The notes: generated from the sequence alone by a model not told the origin. DNA of 64,000 bases from Dehalococcoidia bacterium (GCA_965197585.1 OZ240215.1:2624001-2688000); one strand, 5' to 3'. Positions 45,399 through 56,030 are shown, counted from the first letter of the stretch. Numbers and translations: made by a program.

Positions 45399-47153
45399 TT
45401 ACACAGCATTGACCACCTTCGCAATACGGTCCCGGAGTTTCTGCCGTCGAATTTCATAGTAACCGGCGAAGTCCTTGATCTCTCTTGGAACATCGCCTAG
45501 CAAGTGACGGTCACAGTAATTCTGGCGGGTCAATTCATCAGGACAGTGGACATCCAACCAGTCCGCGGGTAAGGAGGCGCGCTTCTCGTTGTTGACCGAG
45601 CGTTCCAGCAGCTGGAGATTCGCAAGGCGATCACAGCGGTCCCGAAATGTTTCAATCTGATCGCGTGCAACACCAGTGCCGTCCAGTAGATTAGATGTAA
45701 AACGGCTCTTTGGGAACACGTGGTCGATGTCAGATCCATCGTGGGACTCTAAATGAGGGAATAGTATAGTCAATAATGGGAAAATACGCCGGTCCGCCAA
45801 CCTCATGTCCGCTAAGTCTTCTATTTCCTCCTCCACAAAGTCCAGCATCTTCCCCCTTACTGCCATAACCACCCGAAGTTCTGCGGCAGGGAATTCGGAG
45901 CCAGATGAACTGCGGATCACCTCTCGCAGCCACGTTAGCAAGGTATCCAGACCACTGCCCCAAATCCCTGATTCTTTCAGAATAGACCTGGTCAACCAAC
46001 CTCGAATGATTTTGCGGTCATTAACGTAGTGATCGCTAGCCTCAAAGTTCCGAGGTGCCCCTTTCTTGTAAAGGTAATAGGCGATCGGGAGCAGTGAATT
46101 GGTGGCACGGATAGTTCTGCTATCGAATCCGAAACTGTCCACTAACTCTACCGTTTCCAGCAAAGCCTGCCGGATATTCGACCAATTGTCCTCCAAGACA
46201 GCCATGTTCTCATGAGTGAAGTTCTCGACCCGGAAGCCGACGCTGGCTATGTCGGTCAGCATGAGTCCTGCTTTCAGGACAAAGTCAGCGTTAAACAAAA
46301 GGCCGGGCCTAATCCTGTTCATTTCATCGACTAGTGCGTGGATTTCCTTTCTAGCGTCAAGTTTGTCCCACTGCGACACGGCAATGCTCAAGAGAAGATT
46401 GGCGTAGGAAAGGGGGGTGCCGCCGCTGTTGCACCGGATGAAGATGCTCAGGACTCGCTCGATGTCTTGACTCTTTTCCTCGTAATAGGCGATGACTTGC
46501 TCGACACAGATAGCTTGGTGGAGTCGGTTTAGTGTACGAAAGGCCAAGCGCTGTTGCTCAGTATCGAGGCCTTGGTCAGTTATCCAATCAAGCATGTCTG
46601 GGGCAGGGTTCTCCGTAGAGAAGCTCATAATGTCTGACACCCGGAACCACAAGCGAGAGTCTTCCAACCCAATGCGGTCCTCATTGACGAAAGCAAAAGT
46701 GTAGCGGCTGCCTTCTTCATCAGGGTCCGGGGGTGCCAACAAATCAAGTGCCAGTGCTTTATTGGGAAAGGCGTCTGAGCTATTCCACCACTTGTACGGC
46801 AATTTAACAGCCATAGAGCCGCGGAGACCTATATTGAATGCAGTCAACCGTTGTTGTCCATCAAGCACGGCGGTTAGTGGTTTGTCGTGAATAGGCCCAA
46901 GTTCCGGGCAGTGTGGGTCGTCACGCTGATGGTATCTCCGAACGAAGTCGTACCAACGGTATTGACCGGAACTCTCGGCCTCAACCCTCCAGAACATGAA
47001 CTCGCCAAACGGATAGCCTTGCATCACGCTGTCAAATAGATTGCATACTTGTTCCGGGCGCCATACGAACTCCCTTTGTATCGCAGGCAAAACATATTCA
47101 TGCAATGCGACGCTATCTAATGCCTCTTTAATGGTACCGCCTTGTTGGTGCAT
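45399..47153 (-). CDS. GmrSD-like DUF262 + HNH protein (putative type IV restriction)
   Basis: LPAIQREFVW, LDGQQRLT, FIRCNSGG, DIDHVFPKS..NLQLL..N.EK. Confidence 0.85.
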   Translation of the reverse strand: MHQQGGTIKEALDSVALHEYVLPAIQREFVWRPEQVCNLFDSVMQGYPFGEFMFWRVEAESSGQYRWYDFVRRYHQRDDPHCPELGPIHDKPLTAVLDGQQRLTAFNIGLRGSMAVKLPYKWWNSSDAFPNKALALDLLAPPDPDEEGSRYTFAFVNEDRIGLEDSRLWFRVSDIMSFSTENPAPDMLDWITDQGLDTEQQRLAFRTLNRLHQAICVEQVIAYYEEKSQDIERVLSIFIRCNSGGTPLSYANLLLSIAVSQWDKLDARKEIHALVDEMNRIRPGLLFNADFVLKAGLMLTDIASVGFRVENFTHENMAVLEDNWSNIRQALLETVELVDSFGFDSRTIRATNSLLPIAYYLYKKGAPRNFEASDHYVNDRKIIRGWLTRSILKESGIWGSGLDTLLTWLREVIRSSSGSEFPAAELRVVMAVRGKMLDFVEEEIEDLADMRLADRRIFPLLTILFPHLESHDGSDIDHVFPKSRFTSNLLDGTGVARDQIETFRDRCDRLANLQLLERSVNNEKRASLPADWLDVHCPDELTRQNYCDRHLLGDVPREIKDFAGYYEIRRQKLRDRIAKVVNAV

Positions 47154-47298
47154 TTATTTTTCTCCACTTGAGTGCAATGGGCAACACATAGGCAGGGTAC
47201 AATCGTGTCGCCTCATCTACTAAATCCACTAGACCCTACAGTCCCCAATAATCCCTGCGTGATCGTGCTCTATAGTAAAGACTATGAGCGTAACCCCC

Positions 47299-48039
47299 TC
47301 ACTTACCCCTGGTTTTGCGTCGCAGCTCGCTCGCCGGGCACTGGTCCTCCAGCACGCACATATCACAAAGGGGCCTCTGCGCCTTACATACCTGCCTGCC
47401 GTGAGCGATGATGTAGATGTGCGCCCCGAGAACGTCATCGGGCGGGACCTTGGCTTCTAGAATGTCATGGGCGTCGTCCGCCGACACCTTGGCCCCGATC
47501 AGATTGAGCCGTTTCGCCACCCTGTGAACGTGGGTGTCGACGATCATCGCAGGCATGCCGAGGGAGAAGAGCAGTACACACCCCACGGTCTTGGGCCCGA
47601 CCCCCGGCAGTTCCAGCAGCCACTTCTTCGCCTCTGCCAGTGGCATTTCGGCCAGGAAGGAGAGGTCCCAGGAGCCGTTTCGCTCAAGCACAGCAGAAAG
47701 AATTTCCTGGAGTCTCGGGGCCTTGACCTTGGCCAGCCCTCCTATCTTTATCGAGTCGGCCAGGGCCTCAACCTCGGCACTCAGCACATCCTCCCAGCTC
47801 GGGAAGGTCTGCTTCAGTCTGGCAAAGGCGCGGTAGGAGTTGACGTCCGAGGTGTGCTGGGACAATACCGTGAAAATGAGCTCCGACAGCGGGTCGTAAG
47901 GGCGGGGAGCGGTAGGCGGGCCATAAACGGGACCCAGCCTCGCCATCAGTTCTGCAATTGGGATGTGCTTTATGGTGCGGCCCCTCAATGGGGATGGTCT
48001 GCGGCGTCGGGCCGGGGGCTTGGTCTTTGGTGTAGGCAT
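47299..48039 (-). CDS. nth: Endonuclease III family HhH-GPD glycosylase
   Basis: VLSQHTSD, LPGVGPKT, VDTHVHRV, C-x6-C-x2-C-x5-C Fe-S motif. Confidence 0.92.
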   Translation of the reverse strand: MPTPKTKPPARRRRPSPLRGRTIKHIPIAELMARLGPVYGPPTAPRPYDPLSELIFTVLSQHTSDVNSYRAFARLKQTFPSWEDVLSAEVEALADSIKIGGLAKVKAPRLQEILSAVLERNGSWDLSFLAEMPLAEAKKWLLELPGVGPKTVGCVLLFSLGMPAMIVDTHVHRVAKRLNLIGAKVSADDAHDILEAKVPPDDVLGAHIYIIAHGRQVCKAQRPLCDMCVLEDQCPASELRRKTRGK

Positions 48040-48225
48040 ATGTCAACAAACCTAGGCTATAGTTCACTCTATTCTACCGCTTGAGCGTTGGACTATCGAA
48101 GCATGGCAAAAGGGTTGGCAGTCGCGCTGCAGGTCGTCAAAGCTACTGGAACCAAGCCCTCCCCCAATGGTTCAAATTTATCGCAAACTTTGCTACGTTC
48201 GCCTGCCACCTTCCCCCACCCCACC

Positions 48226-48254
48226 GTCATTCCCGACCCCGATCGGGAATCCAG
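48226..48254. repeat. REP-like palindromic element
   Basis: GTCATTCCCGA-cccc-gATCGGGAATCCAG; a related inverted copy lies at 57926-57955. Confidence 0.65.
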
Positions 48255-48636
48255 GGTCGTGAGTCCGCCTATGTTGTCGAAGATGGAACATCCGCCCGTG
48301 GAGGATCCGCCTATGTCCGGAGTCTGCCAAAGTACGAGCGGATAATGGGCCTATTGTGACATGGGCCTATTGCCTCGACCCCACACCACCACCCTATAAT
48401 GGTCTATGCCCACCCTCGTCCCAATCACTGTACCCTCCACCCAAGGGGGCGGCTGAAAATTTTCTCTCATATCAATCAAGCAGGCACGGTTTTTTGATTG
48501 AGACAATCAAAAGCCCTATTTATGACAAGCAGATGTTCCCGTTCATCGAACGATTATATCCTCTGGTCTAGAAACCCCAGACCCTGTTAAACTGCCTTTC
48601 CTGTCATTTGAAGTTCGACCCCCTGGAGGGAGCCCC

Positions 48637-50004
48637 ATGCCCGACCTGCGTGACCAGATATCCGAAGCCCTGAAGGGTCACGGCGCCGACTACGTGGAGG
48701 TCCGTATAGAGGAAGGGGAGTCGACGCGGCTGCTGTACAGGGGCAGAGAGCTGGAAGACGTGGGCATGACCACCAGCCTTGGAGGAAACGTCCGGGCACT
48801 GGTGAACGGAGGATGGGGGTTCGTCAGCTTCAACAATGTCGAAGGTCTGAAAGATCGGGTGGAGAACGCGGTGCGGCAGGCAAGGCTGGTGGGGCACGAG
48901 AAGAGCGAACTGGCAGGCATCGACCCCATCGTTGACATCGTTGGACCACAATTGGATAAAGACCCTCGCTCCCTGACACTGGCTCAGAAGAAAGACCTGA
49001 TGGACCAGTACAACGGCGTCATGTGGGAGGTTGAGGGCATACAGACAACGCTGATAGGGTACGGGGACGGCCACAAGCGGGTAGTCTTCGCCAGTTCAGA
49101 AGGCAGTTACATAGAGCAGCAGAGAGTCGACGTGAGCCTGCGATTGTCGGCTACGGCACGGGACGGGGCGGAAGTGCAGCAGGCCGGCGTCAGCCTGGGC
49201 AGCAACGGTAACTTCTCCGTGGTGGAAGGACTTCATCAGCAGTCCCGTGACATAGCAGAGAAGGCAGTGAGCCTGCTCTCGGCGCCCAAGGTCAGAGGAG
49301 GCGAATACACCGTAATCCTCGACCCCGTACTGGCAGGGGTTTTCACCCACGAGGCCTTCGGCCACCTCTCCGAGTCTGACCACGTCTACGAGAACGACCG
49401 GCTCAAAGAGGTAATGGTTCTCGGGCGGCAGTTCGGGGGCGAACACCTGAACATAGTGGATGGGGCTGTCGTCCCGGGCCTGAGGGGTAGCTATAAGTAC
49501 GATGACGAGGGCGTCCCTGCGACTCGGTCGTACCTGATCAAGGAAGGGGAACTGGTGGGTCGGCTCCATTCCCGGGAGACGGCGGGCAAGATGGGCGAGC
49601 CGCTCTCCGGCAACGCCCGTGCCATCGACTTCAGATTCGAACCCATAGTCCGCATGACAAACACCTTCATCGAGCCCGGTTCCACAACGTTCGAAGAGAT
49701 GATTTCCGACGTGAAGGAGGGCGTGTACGCCTGCGACTGGTATGGCGGCATGACCAGCATGGAGATGTTCACCTTCTCAGCGCGGGAGGCGTATATGATC
49801 CGGGACGGGAAAGTCGCGGAGCTTCTGCGCCCCGTGACCCTTTCCGGCAACGTCTTCGAGACCCTTAAGAACCTGGACGCTGTAGGCAACGACCTGGACA
49901 TGAACCAGGGCGGCGGCTGTGGAAAGGGCGGGCAATCGCCGTTGCCGGTGTCCAACGGCAGCCCTCATATACGAATAGCAAAATGCCTTGTTGGAGGCGC
50001 GTAG
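48637..50004 (+). CDS. tldD: TldD metalloprotease
   Basis: HEAFGHLSESD, YDDEG, VRMTNTFI, GCGKGGQ.PLPV..GSPHIRI. Confidence 0.93.
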   Translation: MPDLRDQISEALKGHGADYVEVRIEEGESTRLLYRGRELEDVGMTTSLGGNVRALVNGGWGFVSFNNVEGLKDRVENAVRQARLVGHEKSELAGIDPIVDIVGPQLDKDPRSLTLAQKKDLMDQYNGVMWEVEGIQTTLIGYGDGHKRVVFASSEGSYIEQQRVDVSLRLSATARDGAEVQQAGVSLGSNGNFSVVEGLHQQSRDIAEKAVSLLSAPKVRGGEYTVILDPVLAGVFTHEAFGHLSESDHVYENDRLKEVMVLGRQFGGEHLNIVDGAVVPGLRGSYKYDDEGVPATRSYLIKEGELVGRLHSRETAGKMGEPLSGNARAIDFRFEPIVRMTNTFIEPGSTTFEEMISDVKEGVYACDWYGGMTSMEMFTFSAREAYMIRDGKVAELLRPVTLSGNVFETLKNLDAVGNDLDMNQGGGCGKGGQSPLPVSNGSPHIRIAKCLVGGA

Positions 50005-51312
50005 TTGGAAGAGATTTTAAAGGCGGCACTTAAGGTCGCAGACGCCGCGGACCTGTTCTGGGTCGAGAGCCGGTCAACCCCCGTAGCCTTCGAATCGAAC
50101 CGTCTGAAACATCTCCAGACCAAAGAATCCCGGGGAGTGGGGCTGAGGATCATAAAGGACGGGCGTATCGGCTTCTCCGCCACCAACCGTATGGAGGACG
50201 TCGACGGCATAGTCAGCAGGGCCCTTGAGGTCTCTCCCTACGGCGCCAAGGCTGAATTCAGCCTGCCATCCTCCGCAGAACACCCCGAGGTCCCGACCTA
50301 CGACCCCGAAGTTCCGCAGGTATCCATCGAGAAGATGGTCGAACTGTCTCAGGCCATGGTGGACGGTGTCCTTGCCGACCATCCGGACGTGCTGTGTGAT
50401 GCGGGCGTCTCGCAGTCCGTGGTCAAAGTAAGGATACTGAACAGCGAGGGTCTGGACGCCTCATACGAGAAGACGGTCTTCGCCATGGGGTTGGGAGGCA
50501 CACTGGTACGGGGCACGGACATGCTCTTCGTCGGGGATGGAGAGAGCTCCTGCAGGCCCATAACTGACGCCTCCGAGATTGTGGCCCGGGTCACGGGCCA
50601 GTTGGACCAGGCTCATGATATGGCCGAGGTCACCACGGGCAGATTTCCCGTGGTATTCACCCCCGACGCCGTTGCCGGTCTGCTCCTCTCTCCCCTCCTG
50701 GTAGGCTTCAACGGAAAGACCGTGCTGCAGGGCTCTTCCCCCCTCGTGGGAAGGCTCGGCGAAAAGATTATCGATGAGCGTTTCTCCCTATATGACGACG
50801 GCACTATCGCCTACCGCCCCGGGAGCCGACCCTGGGACGATGAAGGGATACCCACCAGGATAACGCCCCTAATCGAGAATGGTGTAGCCCGAAACTTCAT
50901 CTACGACCTGAAGACAGCGGCCCAGGCCGGAGCGGAGTCCACGGGCAACGCTTCCCGCGGCGCGGGGTCCCTTCCTTCCCCTTCTACATGCGTTATTTCC
51001 ATCGCCGAGGGCGACATGTCCTTCGAAGACATGATCGCAGACATGAAAGAAGGTCTGGTTGTTGAGCGTTTCCTGGGCGCTGGGCAGACCAACATTCTGG
51101 CCGGCGACTTCAGTGGTAACGTCCTGCTGGGGTATAAGGTTGAAAACGGGCGCATGGTGGGCCGGGTGAAGAACAGTATGCTCTCCGGCAACGTATACGA
51201 AACGCTCAACAACCTCATAGCTATTGGCAGTAAGGCGAGGTGGCGGGGTGGTTCACTACGGACACCGCACCTCTATTGCTGTAACGTATCAGTGGCCAAG
51301 ACGGAGGGGTAG
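50005..51312 (+). CDS. pmbA: PmbA/TldE protein
   Basis: TldD/PmbA fold lacking HExxH; WDDEG, STGNA, GDFS; directly follows tldD. Confidence 0.9.
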   Translation: MEEILKAALKVADAADLFWVESRSTPVAFESNRLKHLQTKESRGVGLRIIKDGRIGFSATNRMEDVDGIVSRALEVSPYGAKAEFSLPSSAEHPEVPTYDPEVPQVSIEKMVELSQAMVDGVLADHPDVLCDAGVSQSVVKVRILNSEGLDASYEKTVFAMGLGGTLVRGTDMLFVGDGESSCRPITDASEIVARVTGQLDQAHDMAEVTTGRFPVVFTPDAVAGLLLSPLLVGFNGKTVLQGSSPLVGRLGEKIIDERFSLYDDGTIAYRPGSRPWDDEGIPTRITPLIENGVARNFIYDLKTAAQAGAESTGNASRGAGSLPSPSTCVISIAEGDMSFEDMIADMKEGLVVERFLGAGQTNILAGDFSGNVLLGYKVENGRMVGRVKNSMLSGNVYETLNNLIAIGSKARWRGGSLRTPHLYCCNVSVAKTEG

Positions 51313-51409
51313 ACGCTAGAAACGAATCAATACAGTCCTGGAAGTAATTGACCGCAATATACGGCGTACCTAAAATCGAGCTAGGAGTAGATTTACGAGC
51401 AACGAATCC

Positions 51410-51835
51410 ATGAAGATCGCCTATCCGGTTTCCGCCGGGGGGGTCGTCTATCGGCAGAACGGGGATGGGGTACAGATCGCACTATGCGGGCATGTCTGCC
51501 CTACCAGTTGGCGCTTGCCCAAAGGCACACCGGACCCGGGTGAGAGCCGGGAAGAGACAGCCCTGAGAGAGACGCGGGAAGAGACCGGCCTTGAGGTTGC
51601 AATTGAAGAACAGCTGGGGAGTGTGACCTACTGGTTCGTGGCCTCCGGCGTTCGAAATCACAAGACCGTCCATTTCTATCTGATGCGGGCTACCGGAGGG
51701 TCGACGGACCTGCACGATCCCGAGTTCGATGTCGTAAGGTGGTTCGACGCAGATGAAGCGCAGAAGGCGTTGACTTACAAGAACGAAGAGAAAGTAGTGG
51801 CCGAGGCGCTCGGTAGGATCAGGGACCGGCAGTGA
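51410..51835 (+). CDS. NUDIX hydrolase
   Basis: Nudix box GTPDPGESREETALRETREETGL. Confidence 0.93.
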   Translation: MKIAYPVSAGGVVYRQNGDGVQIALCGHVCPTSWRLPKGTPDPGESREETALRETREETGLEVAIEEQLGSVTYWFVASGVRNHKTVHFYLMRATGGSTDLHDPEFDVVRWFDADEAQKALTYKNEEKVVAEALGRIRDRQ

Positions 51836-52413
51836 TACTACGCGGCGACAAGGTGGTGCTTAGGGAGAAGAGGCTGGAAGACGCCTACCAGGACTACCTC
51901 TGGCGCACCGACGATGAACTGGCCCGCCTGGACGCCACGCTGCCTTTACAGACTCGTTTCTCCAGCTACAGGGCTTTCTACACCGACGAGTTGCAGTTCC
52001 CGCAACCCTTCAAGTACAAGTTCGCAATCGACAGCCTGAAGGGCAGACATATAGGCAACTGCATGTACTATGACCTTGATCCTGACAGGGCCCAGGCCGA
52101 GGTGGGCATCATGATCGGGGACAAGGAGTACTGGGGGCAGGGGTACGGCGCCGATGCCGTGCGAGTTTTGACCCGGTATCTGTTCAACGTGGAGGGACTG
52201 AGGACCGTATATCTACACACGCTGGAATGGAACCTGAGAGCCCAGCGCTCCTTCGAAAAGTGCGGGTTCATGGCCCGAGACAAGGTCAGAAGGGACGGCA
52301 AGACCTTCATCTTCATGGAGCTGTCCAGGGCCCGGTGGGAAAGGTTGCCTATTTCTGTTAACGGGGAGGCCGAGGCTGAGCCCTATTCCATGGTCCGGGA
52401 ACCTCATTCCTGA
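51832..52413 (+). CDS. GNAT acetyltransferase (RimJ/RimL-like)
   Basis: EVGIMIGDKEYWGQGYG, N.RAQRSFEKCGF. Confidence 0.9.
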   Translation: MILRGDKVVLREKRLEDAYQDYLWRTDDELARLDATLPLQTRFSSYRAFYTDELQFPQPFKYKFAIDSLKGRHIGNCMYYDLDPDRAQAEVGIMIGDKEYWGQGYGADAVRVLTRYLFNVEGLRTVYLHTLEWNLRAQRSFEKCGFMARDKVRRDGKTFIFMELSRARWERLPISVNGEAEAEPYSMVREPHS

Positions 52414-52432
52414 TTTAGCCCAAAAACAGGTT

Positions 52433-52479
52433 AAAAAACGAGGGGCCGCCGGTTATCTAACCGGCGGCCCCTTAGTTTT
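52433..52479. terminator. Bidirectional intrinsic terminator
   Basis: 15-bp inverted repeat AGGGGCCGCCGGTTA/TAACCGGCGGCCCCT flanked by A- and T-runs between convergent genes. Confidence 0.85.
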
Positions 52480-52505
52480 CATTCGGGGCTTTATGGATAC
52501 GAAGC

Positions 52506-53429
52506 CTACTTCCTGGGAGGCTGGGGTGGGCCGGGGTTAACCAGGTCCTCACCGATGGCTACCGGGAACTCACGAGCGATCTCGTCGAAAGTCCATCGGC
52601 CTGACTGCTTGTACAGGTCTTTCACCTCGTCGGGGTGGCTCATCAGGCCAACGAATCCACCGGCGACATGGAGTATCTCTCCGTTAAAGTTCTGGGCCTC
52701 ATCTGTGCAGAGGAAAGCGACCGCGGGTGCGACGCCTTCGGGCGGGTCCAACCTCTCTTCTTCGGCGGCTGCCTGACCGGCCGCAGCGCGGATCTCTCGG
52801 GCCCTCCTGACTTCCTCGGTCAGGGTCATGCGGGTGGCAGCGGAAGGGGAAATTCCGTTGCAGGTGACGCCGTACTTGCCCAGGTCCTGGGATACGCAGC
52901 GCACTATACCGGCTATTCCGTCCTTGGCCGCGCCGTAGTTAGCCTGCCCGGAGTTACCGAACAGCCCCGACGTGGAACTAAAGCAGACGATGCGTCCACC
53001 TCTCTGCTGTCTCATCAGAATGGATGCGTGCTTTATGCACGTAAAGGTCCCTTTCAGGTGGACGGCTATAACATCGTCCCATTCCTGCTCGGTCATGTTG
53101 AAGACCATCCGGTCCCTGAGGATTCCAGCTACGCAGACCAAGATGTCGACCTTGCCGAAGTTGTCGACACAGGTCTGGATGATGCTCTCGCCGCCTTCCA
53201 TGGTGGCGACGGAATCGTAGCAGGCTACGGCCTCGCCACCGTTCTTCTTAATCTCAGCGACGACCTCGTCTGCGGGGCTCTGGGAGGCCCCAGACCCGTC
53301 AACCTCGCCGCCAAGGTCATTCACTACTACCTTGGCTCCTTCTGCGGCCAGAAGCAGCGCAATGCCACGGCCAATACCGCGGCCCGAGCCGGTTACGACG
53401 GCCGCTTTCCCTTTAAGTGTGTCTGTCAT
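52506..53429 (-). CDS. SDR oxidoreductase (3-hydroxyacyl-CoA dehydrogenase-like)
   Basis: TGSGRGIG, AGILRDR, YGAAK. Confidence 0.92.
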   Translation of the reverse strand: MTDTLKGKAAVVTGSGRGIGRGIALLLAAEGAKVVVNDLGGEVDGSGASQSPADEVVAEIKKNGGEAVACYDSVATMEGGESIIQTCVDNFGKVDILVCVAGILRDRMVFNMTEQEWDDVIAVHLKGTFTCIKHASILMRQQRGGRIVCFSSTSGLFGNSGQANYGAAKDGIAGIVRCVSQDLGKYGVTCNGISPSAATRMTLTEEVRRAREIRAAAGQAAAEEERLDPPEGVAPAVAFLCTDEAQNFNGEILHVAGGFVGLMSHPDEVKDLYKQSGRWTFDEIAREFPVAIGEDLVNPGPPQPPRK

Positions 53430-53466
53430 TCCGTTCTCCCTGATGTTCTAGAATTTAGCGTCCGTC

Positions 53467-54381
53467 CTACGAGGCTTTCCCTACGTACTGGTTCTTCACC
53501 TTCTTACCGAAGGAATTGGGGATAGCCTCCAGAAGCTCGTCGACGCTCCAGAGTCCATCCTTGGAAATTGCTCCGATGATTCTCGGCTGGGATACCAGGG
53601 AGATCAGCCTGCCCCTGACGGAGAAGGTCTGACCGTTGACGTTGGCCGCCTTGTCGCTGGCGAGGTAGCAGAGGAAGGGAGCTATGTCCTCGGGATCCTG
53701 GGGCTCGTCGGAGAACTCCTCGGGGAGGCCTGCGGCCTGGCGGATTTCCCGGGCTTTACGCACTTCTTCGGTCAGGGTCATTCGGGTGTCGGCGGATGGG
53801 AGGATGGAGTTAGCAGTCACGCCGTACTTGCCCAAGTCCCGGGCCACGACCTTGGTCAGACCGGCGATGCCGGATTTGGCCGCACCGTAGTTGGTCTGGC
53901 CGGTAGTGCCCATAACACCACTGCTGGAGGAGAAGGTTATTATCCTTCCACCCCTCTGCTGTCGCATCAGAATCGATGCGTGCTTCACGCACGTGAAGGT
54001 CCCCTTCAGGTGGACGGCAATCACATCGTCCCATTCCTGTTCGGTCATGTTGAAGACCATGCGGTCTCTAAGGATTCCGGCGACGGTAACCAGAATGTCG
54101 ATCTTTCCGAAGTTGTCGACGCAACTCTGGATGATGTGCTCGCCGCCTTCCATCGTGGCAACGGTGTCGTAGCAAGCGATGGCGTTGCCGCCCGCTGCCT
54201 TTATCTCATTTACGACTTCATCGGCAGGGCCTTGGTCTCCGCCGGAGCCGTCAAGGGCTGCGCCGAGGTCCGCGACCACTACGCTAGCGCCGTGGGCTGC
54301 CAACGCTTTGGCTACACCGCGGCCGATACCCCTTCCACCACCGGTCACCACCGCTGCTTTTCCTTCTAAAGGTTGGGCCAT
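53467..54381 (-). CDS. SDR oxidoreductase, tandem paralog
   Basis: TGGGRGIG, YGAAK; long near-identical blocks shared with 52506-53429. Confidence 0.92.
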   Translation of the reverse strand: MAQPLEGKAAVVTGGGRGIGRGVAKALAAHGASVVVADLGAALDGSGGDQGPADEVVNEIKAAGGNAIACYDTVATMEGGEHIIQSCVDNFGKIDILVTVAGILRDRMVFNMTEQEWDDVIAVHLKGTFTCVKHASILMRQQRGGRIITFSSSSGVMGTTGQTNYGAAKSGIAGLTKVVARDLGKYGVTANSILPSADTRMTLTEEVRKAREIRQAAGLPEEFSDEPQDPEDIAPFLCYLASDKAANVNGQTFSVRGRLISLVSQPRIIGAISKDGLWSVDELLEAIPNSFGKKVKNQYVGKAS

Positions 54382-54489
54382 ATTTTCCTCCTGCTCCCCA
54401 TTCAGGGGCGGCCTGACGGCCGGTTTGGATCTATCTCTACTTATTTAATACGATTCATGATTCTGGGTCGGGTATAAACCCGGTGCACT

Positions 54490-54918
54490 CTAGCCTTTGG
54501 AAGGGAGAGCTACGGTGGCCTTGCCGGGGGTGGTGGCTTTGCCTTCGTTGTTCTCACCCCAGATCTCGCACTCTACAAGATTCTCGCCGCCTTCGACTGA
54601 CTTACCGACGACCTTCCCCTTGATGTACATGGGTACGCCGGGCACATCCATGCCGCGGTACTGGCAACTGAGCTTCTTGAGCACGCCTTCATCGCCGATC
54701 CAGTCGGTTACGACCTGTCCCAGCCAGGCGTTCTTAAGCGCTCCGTGGATGATGGGACCAGGTAGCTCGTTGCCTATGGCATAGTCCTTGTCGTAGTGGA
54801 TCTCGTAGAAGTCGCCCGAGGCGCCGGCATACTGGACCAGCTGCCGGGGGGTGGGGTTCTTCTCAAGGGTGGGGATTTCCATACCCTCGGTCACATCTTC
54901 AAAATAAACCTGTCCCAT
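54490..54918 (-). CDS. MaoC-family dehydratase (catalytic subunit)
   Basis: YAGASGDFYEIHYD..IIHG hydratase motif. Confidence 0.9.
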   Translation of the reverse strand: MGQVYFEDVTEGMEIPTLEKNPTPRQLVQYAGASGDFYEIHYDKDYAIGNELPGPIIHGALKNAWLGQVVTDWIGDEGVLKKLSCQYRGMDVPGVPMYIKGKVVGKSVEGGENLVECEIWGENNEGKATTPGKATVALPSKG

Positions 54919-54967
54919 GCTCTTTCCTCCTGGTGTTCAGCCTTGTCCTAGATAGGTCTTCGATATT

Positions 54968-55384
54968 CTAGTAGTAGATGCCCGTGTCACGGCGGGTAGC
55001 GACCATCTCCCCATCTTGGTTGGTGAAGGATATTTCCTTGACCTGGAAGGTCATGGTGCCCAAGCGGCCCTCTTTTTTGAATACATTTGCAATCTTCGAA
55101 ACTACGGTGATCTGGTCGCCGGGCTTGATAGCCTTGAAGTATTCGTACTCACTGCCACCGTCGAGCACCCGCTCATCGGGGTTACGGGGCTGGCTCTCGT
55201 CCTCATCACTGGGAATGAAGGCCCGGTTGAATGTAGGGGGGACGGAGACGCCCTGCCAGAGGTGGTTATCGTCACCAATAGCCTCGGCAAACCGTTTAAT
55301 GTGACCCTTCTCGACGTCGTAGGTAACTGGGGAAGTCGCCTTGCCCAAATCCTTGATCATACGCTCGTAAATGGCATCGCTCAT
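54968..55384 (-). CDS. MaoC N-terminal-type hotdog protein
   Basis: VEKGHIKRFAEAIGD, PPTF, LDGGSEYEY, FTNQDGE. Confidence 0.88.
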   Translation of the reverse strand: MSDAIYERMIKDLGKATSPVTYDVEKGHIKRFAEAIGDDNHLWQGVSVPPTFNRAFIPSDEDESQPRNPDERVLDGGSEYEYFKAIKPGDQITVVSKIANVFKKEGRLGTMTFQVKEISFTNQDGEMVATRRDTGIYY

Positions 55385-55406
55385 TTTGGCAACCTCTCGA
55401 AAATGG

Positions 55407-55841
55407 CTAGTAACTAATGTTTACGGTCTTCTCGGTAGCGACCAGCTCACCGCGCTGGTTGACGAAGGAATTCTGCCGAGTCTCTATTAGCATGGCCCCC
55501 AGCCTGCCATGCTTCTCGCTAAAATCGATAATCTGCTGGGTGACGGTGATGGTATCTCCGGGGCGGACAGGGACGGAATATTCCCACTCGCTGCCACCGT
55601 CCAAGCCTCGGGAGAAGGGCATTTCGAGCTCTTCCAGCTCGTTGGGGATGCACATACGGAGGAAGGTGGGTGGGGTCACCATATCCTGGCCGATCCATCG
55701 GGGGTTTGAGTCCCCAATGGCCTCCACGAACCGTTTCAAGTGCCCCTTCTCCACGTCATAGTGGGCAGGGGCGGAAGAGACGCCTACGGCGTTCTTCATT
55801 GCCTCAGAGATCAAGGGTTTATCTGTCACGCACTCCCCCAA
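55407..55841 (-). CDS. MaoC N-terminal-type hotdog protein, paralog
   Basis: VEKGHLKRFVEAIGD, PPTF, LDGGSEWEY, FVNQRGE. Confidence 0.88.
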   Translation of the reverse strand: MGECVTDKPLISEAMKNAVGVSSAPAHYDVEKGHLKRFVEAIGDSNPRWIGQDMVTPPTFLRMCIPNELEELEMPFSRGLDGGSEWEYSVPVRPGDTITVTQQIIDFSEKHGRLGAMLIETRQNSFVNQRGELVATEKTVNISY

Positions 55842-56030
55842 GTGGGCCGAGAGTCTTATACACTCAAGGCCGCCGGCGCACCCCTCCGTTGCTTAGAATC
55901 CTCCAACGGTACATCATAGGGCGCAAACCGGCGCGAAGTGTACATTACCGGTATTTTAGTGTCAAGATTTGGGGTAGTGGGCGGGTGGGGACACCGCCCC
56001 AGATTCCTCGCAGGGCATCGGAATTGTGGA

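Noticed and set aside
48260-48505. Short direct repeats (TCCGCCTATGT, ATGGGCCTATTG) and TCAATCAA/TTGATTGA inverted repeat in the nth-tldD spacer
   Set aside because: Two copies each and short; possibly operators, but not enough support for a call.
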